From the IMG/VR virus record IMGVR_UViG_3300044724_005967, positions 1 through 60,006 of that record: DNA of 60,006 nt; one strand, written 5' to 3'. This document shows, piece by piece, positions 56,701-60,006 of this stretch; position 1 is the first letter of the stretch, and every line of letters begins with the position of its first letter. The DNA comes from a virus. Taxonomy: Duplodnaviria; Caudoviricetes. Made by a program: the position numbers and the translations under genes. A model generated the notes under the pieces. The model did no database searches. It had not been told where the DNA came from and was given only the letters and a program-made list of their open reading frames with translations.

Positions 56701-59512
56701 CGATGCAAATCAAAACGGCAGTTATTTTGGTCTTGCATATCTAATAAGACGAAATATTACTAATCCTGCAACGCTAGCGGCAACTATACTTGTTGAAGTA
56801 GATTATCTTACAGATAACTGTGATCATGGTCTAAAAACTATTGATTCATATAATATTGACGATTCACTTGAATTAGCAGATCTGCGAAATACTACAACAA
56901 TGCACACCTTAGAAGTTCCAGAATTGATAACTGATAAGGGTAATTATTACGATCTAAGAGAATGTGCCGACTTCAGGCCTTTTGCAGATAAAACAGCTGC
57001 TGATGCAACGAGTCCAGGGTCCGCAACAATTGACCCGACATCAACAGTCACTTTTACAGATTATAGTGTATTTAAATATCCAAAACCCGAAGGTGACTTT
57101 GAATACGACATAACTTATTATAAAGGTCGAACCGATGAGATTGCTGTCAAAGATGATGGCACGTTTGAATTTATTCTTGACTCATCAGATACAAACCAAG
57201 ATGCCAATCCTAATAAGTTGAATTTGTATAAGTGTAATGTACCACCTTATCCAACTTTGCCTGAAGTTCCATCTTCAGAAATGAAGGATATTTACGAGAA
57301 AAATCTTATTAATAACGGCTCGTTAGGTCAACGTATTTCTAGGTATACTGTTGGTATTGTGGCTATTGATCCACAAGTCAAAACTTATACAATGCACGAG
57401 ATTAGTCGACTTGAACAAAGAATTGAGGCTCTTGAATACAATCAAAATATTAGTGAGCTCGAACAATCAGTTATTTCAAAATCTATTCCATCTTCTACTG
57501 ATTCAACAGTTGAAAGATTTAAGTTTGGATTCTTTGTAGATAATTTCGAGAATGCTTCTCTTTCAGATATTGGTGCAGATTATTATGATGCATCTATCTA
57601 TGAGTATACACTACAGCCAGATCGAGCATCTCTTAATATCGATTATGAAATTGCTACAGTATCATCTAAGTTTAGAGAAGGCAATGTAATTACATTCCCT
57701 CACACTCGTAAGTTGCTTGTGTCACAAGAAACTGCAACTTATGCACCATTTGTTGAAGTACCAGAAACACAGATTATTGAAAATTGTGATTTCGAAACAA
57801 ATAGAAATCAAAAAAATGCTGGTGATAGTACTGGTACATATAGCAAACTGCAAAAAGTCTGGGAAGAATTTACATTTATTGCTGCCAACGAAGATGACGG
57901 TACTCAAAGAAATATTGAGCTAAAGTTCTATAATCCAAATCGTGGTATTATTTACGAAATTATTCAAAGCACAAAGCCACCTACAAGAAATACTACCGAA
58001 GTTGGTACGACAGTACACACGCCGACATCTACTAGTGTTTCTGCAATGACATCAGCTGAAACAATTCCACTGTATCAAAAACTATATCCAGTAAAGAATT
58101 CAAAAAATAGAGTTTTGCCTTTTGCTACTAATCCTTGGTTCGAACCACTCACTGGACCAAATAATGTAAGTATTACAATAACTGGTTCGCCTGTTAATTA
58201 TAAGTCATATCAGGGTGCAGGTAAAATTAGTATTCCTTACGATTACACAAAAGGTCGCTATATTACTGTACGAGTTCATAAAGGACCGGGCGGCAATGTA
58301 TTTAACTTCGAGATTTGTTATCCTGCAATCTCTGATGTAGATTCTATCTACGATGCTGGTCAACAAAATGTAAATACACGGCCGGCACCTTGCCCGAAAG
58401 GTCAGTTTAAGTATCAACGTTGTGTTGGATCTAATTTATATGTTTATGGTTGTGACGGAAACTATGGAACACAGGTAAATCGCATTATACGAAATTCACC
58501 TAAGTGTTATATTCCTGTACCTCCAAGCCCGCCGACTCCTATAAAGACATGTCCAAGAGCTGGCACATTCTATAGATCTACGTGTGTAGGATCAAGTCAG
58601 AGAACATACACATATACAGGTGCAACAGGTTCTGGACCTGGTGGATGCCGAGTTACTGTATCAGATACAGTAATTTGTTCTAAGTCTTGTGGTTGTAGGC
58701 CAAAGCCGCCGCCCGTCGTTATTAAGTGTCCTCCTCCACCTCCGCCTGTAGTACCACCCGATGATGGTTGTACCTCAACTACTGGGCCGAATTGTAATAT
58801 CGAAGTGGAACCGCCTAAGCCGCCTCCACCCAAGCCGCCTGCTCCACCACCCAAGCCGCCGGCACCGCCAAAGACACCACCGTTGCCACCGCCCCCACCG
58901 GTGCCACCACCTTTGCCACCCATTCCGGCATTTATACCGCCGTTTATGATTCCGCCTCCGAAGCCGCCGATCGTGCCGCCGCCTCCTCCTGCGCCGCCGC
59001 CTCCGCCGCCTCCTCCGCCAAAACCACCAAAGAAACCACTTGGTGGTGGTGGATGTGTCGCAGTCGATTCGTTCGTGCCAATGATAACAGAAGGCCAAAC
59101 GCGAGCTTGGCAGATGTTACCAGGATCAGCGATTATGCTTGCAGACGAAAATCTCAATGTCATGAATGGTACTGTAATACGTGTAAGAAATCAGACGGAA
59201 CCATGTGTCAGAATTACGACAGAAGCTGGTATCAGTCTTGTTTGTTCGCACACAGCACCAATATTGACCGGAGAGAAGACTTACGTCAATGCGCCTGAAG
59301 TAATCGGAAAGCAAGTTGCAGTAATGATCAATGGCGAAACATCATTCGACAATGTAGTGAGTGTTGAAGATCTTGGCGAAAGAGAAGTTAGACCGCTTTA
59401 CGCTGGAGATCAAAACTTCTGGGCCGGTGAAACTGAAGCTGGTTACATATTACACCACAATATGTTCTTCGGAAGCTTCGGTAGAGCTATGTTTAGTATT
59501 AAGAAGTATTAA
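53783..59512 (+). CDS. Large VrlC-like virion structural protein with Pro-rich linker and C-terminal Hint domain
   Basis: NLSSSPYFDDFD..YYRILFKP..VQVREVNQLQ, APGADRLK, RTYEESGNY, YTMHEISRLEQRI, RFKFGFFVDNF. Confidence 0.75.
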   Translation: MPLNTNLSSSPYFDDFDRSDNYYRILFKPATAVQVREVNQLQTLLQDQIEQFGDHILKAGTILEGCQFTYLNSMAFVKITDNSIDGKAINLEAINGLSANGQTSFKIGRITHVEDGFENDVSGNLKTLYLDYDDDTNNSGQKDEFQAGEEIRIFARDDRLYDIDVANNSSGALVFSNNDVVVITAAIEIAGTVTGTAADLANTFAQGDTVTGTFSGRTIDMEVLFAANPATDATDDETLILRLKPKTTKQSGNSIDVKSWDIRLDDVLTHTEGGQEFKILKFVGEGATGSVTTSSQGQLLSANITRGGEGYSVLPHISLYSQGSSSAQLNVLTMNAENWLIKLQAAQVSDTVGFGFGVEVSSGKIYQKGLFLNADQQFIMVDKYSNTPSDLSIGFDSTESVVNVFTDSSLYDNAQGFLNQSAPGADRLKVSPALVVKTATEEATAGNFFPLVRFSEGKPYQQNKLTQYNKLGDMIAQRTYEESGNYVLDEFNAVSRSTLDFSESNTTFSYVIDPGHAYVNGYRVKTETNFVKDVSKAIETISETGQGQDLVFDQYFEVHDLAGPFNFSTGEEISLRNTAADYILDYDHDTSDVTSSLGGTEIGTAKIRGIQFGVGTKGTTTGVYKIHVFDIRMSKGKSIRDVKSIYASNGGGEDGIADVCLILDNAKTLRGLVSTADQSADGTYDPVAREEIGRIVGPERSDLIMDFGYPVKTISNYKYVYSTTLTNAAVAANGQITVPAEGSSGPTANTIFPYIGTLTTAEENEVIVIPNQDITASSPTYTGASCTTAAATADDHYTVTISGATPTAALLTDFRVGDWITESANSGVAQITAIAGQNKMTVRTRSGAFGPIGTSTTNISRFFPKDMPVPTGTRTGVGATDQYAQVTADRRTMFVNLGVAVAAGNKFTVFFNQELNNTKSALTSRRKRYVKLTTSGTWPAIGKCLGLSGVYRLHAVYNGTTTSDANITNEFECDANQNGSYFGLAYLIRRNITNPATLAATILVEVDYLTDNCDHGLKTIDSYNIDDSLELADLRNTTTMHTLEVPELITDKGNYYDLRECADFRPFADKTAADATSPGSATIDPTSTVTFTDYSVFKYPKPEGDFEYDITYYKGRTDEIAVKDDGTFEFILDSSDTNQDANPNKLNLYKCNVPPYPTLPEVPSSEMKDIYEKNLINNGSLGQRISRYTVGIVAIDPQVKTYTMHEISRLEQRIEALEYNQNISELEQSVISKSIPSSTDSTVERFKFGFFVDNFENASLSDIGADYYDASIYEYTLQPDRASLNIDYEIATVSSKFREGNVITFPHTRKLLVSQETATYAPFVEVPETQIIENCDFETNRNQKNAGDSTGTYSKLQKVWEEFTFIAANEDDGTQRNIELKFYNPNRGIIYEIIQSTKPPTRNTTEVGTTVHTPTSTSVSAMTSAETIPLYQKLYPVKNSKNRVLPFATNPWFEPLTGPNNVSITITGSPVNYKSYQGAGKISIPYDYTKGRYITVRVHKGPGGNVFNFEICYPAISDVDSIYDAGQQNVNTRPAPCPKGQFKYQRCVGSNLYVYGCDGNYGTQVNRIIRNSPKCYIPVPPSPPTPIKTCPRAGTFYRSTCVGSSQRTYTYTGATGSGPGGCRVTVSDTVICSKSCGCRPKPPPVVIKCPPPPPPVVPPDDGCTSTTGPNCNIEVEPPKPPPPKPPAPPPKPPAPPKTPPLPPPPPVPPPLPPIPAFIPPFMIPPPKPPIVPPPPPAPPPPPPPPPKPPKKPLGGGGCVAVDSFVPMITEGQTRAWQMLPGSAIMLADENLNVMNGTVIRVRNQTEPCVRITTEAGISLVCSHTAPILTGEKTYVNAPEVIGKQVAVMINGETSFDNVVSVEDLGEREVRPLYAGDQNFWAGETEAGYILHHNMFFGSFGRAMFSIKKY
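58730..59040 (+). repeat. Low-complexity CCN-rich polyproline coding region
   Basis: Runs of CCG/CCA/CCT; GC much higher than surroundings. Confidence 0.85.
59054..59461 (+). other. Hint (intein-like) domain, 136 aa
   Basis: Begins GGGG|CVAVDS, central SLVCSHTAPI, ends YILHHN. Confidence 0.7.
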
Positions 59513-59513
59513 T

Positions 59514-60006
59514 ATGATACACGAAAGAGCAAACGAATCATTTGGTTTTAAAGAATTATTGTACTGTAATGGTGTATTGAGGGCGACTAGGTATCCACAC
59601 GCGTCAGAAGATGCTGCGGTTGCTAAGTCGACACTCAATACTTATTTTCCAGAGTACAATTCTATGGTTAGTAAATACAATCATAATGTAATTGGATCTG
59701 GGACCGCATGGCGAGAACCTTATGGTACTGGTACAATGATAACGTTGTATATAACAGAACAGCCAGAGGAGAGTGTAACAACTCAATGGAATGTAGATAC
59801 TAATCTTGATTATTGTAGATGGTACGGATATAAGTTTTTAATTGGCGATCCACATGAAATAAAGTTAAAAATACCATTTTATGATGAAGAAGGATATTAT
59901 GATCAACCGACTTTTCCAGTAAATGTACAACACTACTCTAACGTTTACAATTCTGATGGTACACTTTGGAATAAACGAGAAGCTTTTATGTATAAAGGCG
60001 GCTATC
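59514..60006 (+). CDS. Hypothetical protein, 3' truncated by window
   Basis: ATG right after upstream stop; frame open to end (MIHERANESFGFKELL...). Confidence 0.55.
   Translation, partial: MIHERANESFGFKELLYCNGVLRATRYPHASEDAAVAKSTLNTYFPEYNSMVSKYNHNVIGSGTAWREPYGTGTMITLYITEQPEESVTTQWNVDTNLDYCRWYGYKFLIGDPHEIKLKIPFYDEEGYYDQPTFPVNVQHYSNVYNSDGTLWNKREAFMYKGGY

Noticed and set aside
58597-59163. Gly-rich and Arg-rich minus-strand ORFs (188 aa, 107 aa)
   Set aside because: They are antisense shadows of the polyproline codons of the 1909-aa gene.
1-60006. Stop-codon reassignment, tRNA genes
   Set aside because: Recognisable genes are intact under code 11 and end in TAA, TAG and TGA; no cloverleaf or T-loop seen in intergenic gaps by eye (tRNAscan not run).

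Overview
A 60 kb piece of a large T4-like myovirus genome (standard genetic code, dense head-to-tail genes). The gene set and IHF-like sites suggest a marine, probably proteobacterial host (inference). Left to right: a glycosylation cluster (epimerase, GT29-like, two GT25); late-promoter-driven Lys-rich putative internal head proteins; primase gp61, SNase-like nuclease, nrdA/nrdB, dCMP deaminase, GIY-YIG nuclease, glutaredoxin, GT4, rnh, phoH, exonuclease, 2OG-Fe(II) oxygenase; a minus-strand late cassette of mostly signal-peptide/membrane proteins including a pilin-like plus chaperone-like pair; small early genes; gp33-gp59-gp32; and the tail/baseplate module (tape measure, gp26-like, gp54-like, gp2, gp4, gp48, gp53, gp27-like, gp5, spike tip, gp25, gp6, gp7, gp8, large VrlC-like protein). 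Top candidates: (1) a lambda G/GT-style -1 frameshift at the end of the gp26-like gene directly upstream of the tape measure; (2) the exported pilus-like cassette; (3) three structured non-coding elements (tandem hairpin leader at 2.2 kb, pseudoknot-capable leader at 29.8 kb, two-fold symmetric rod at 33.6 kb); (4) a Hint domain ending the 1909-aa virion protein and a metal-site module inserted in gp7. I saw no tRNA, rRNA or CRISPR array. All family calls are from motif recognition by eye, not database searches.
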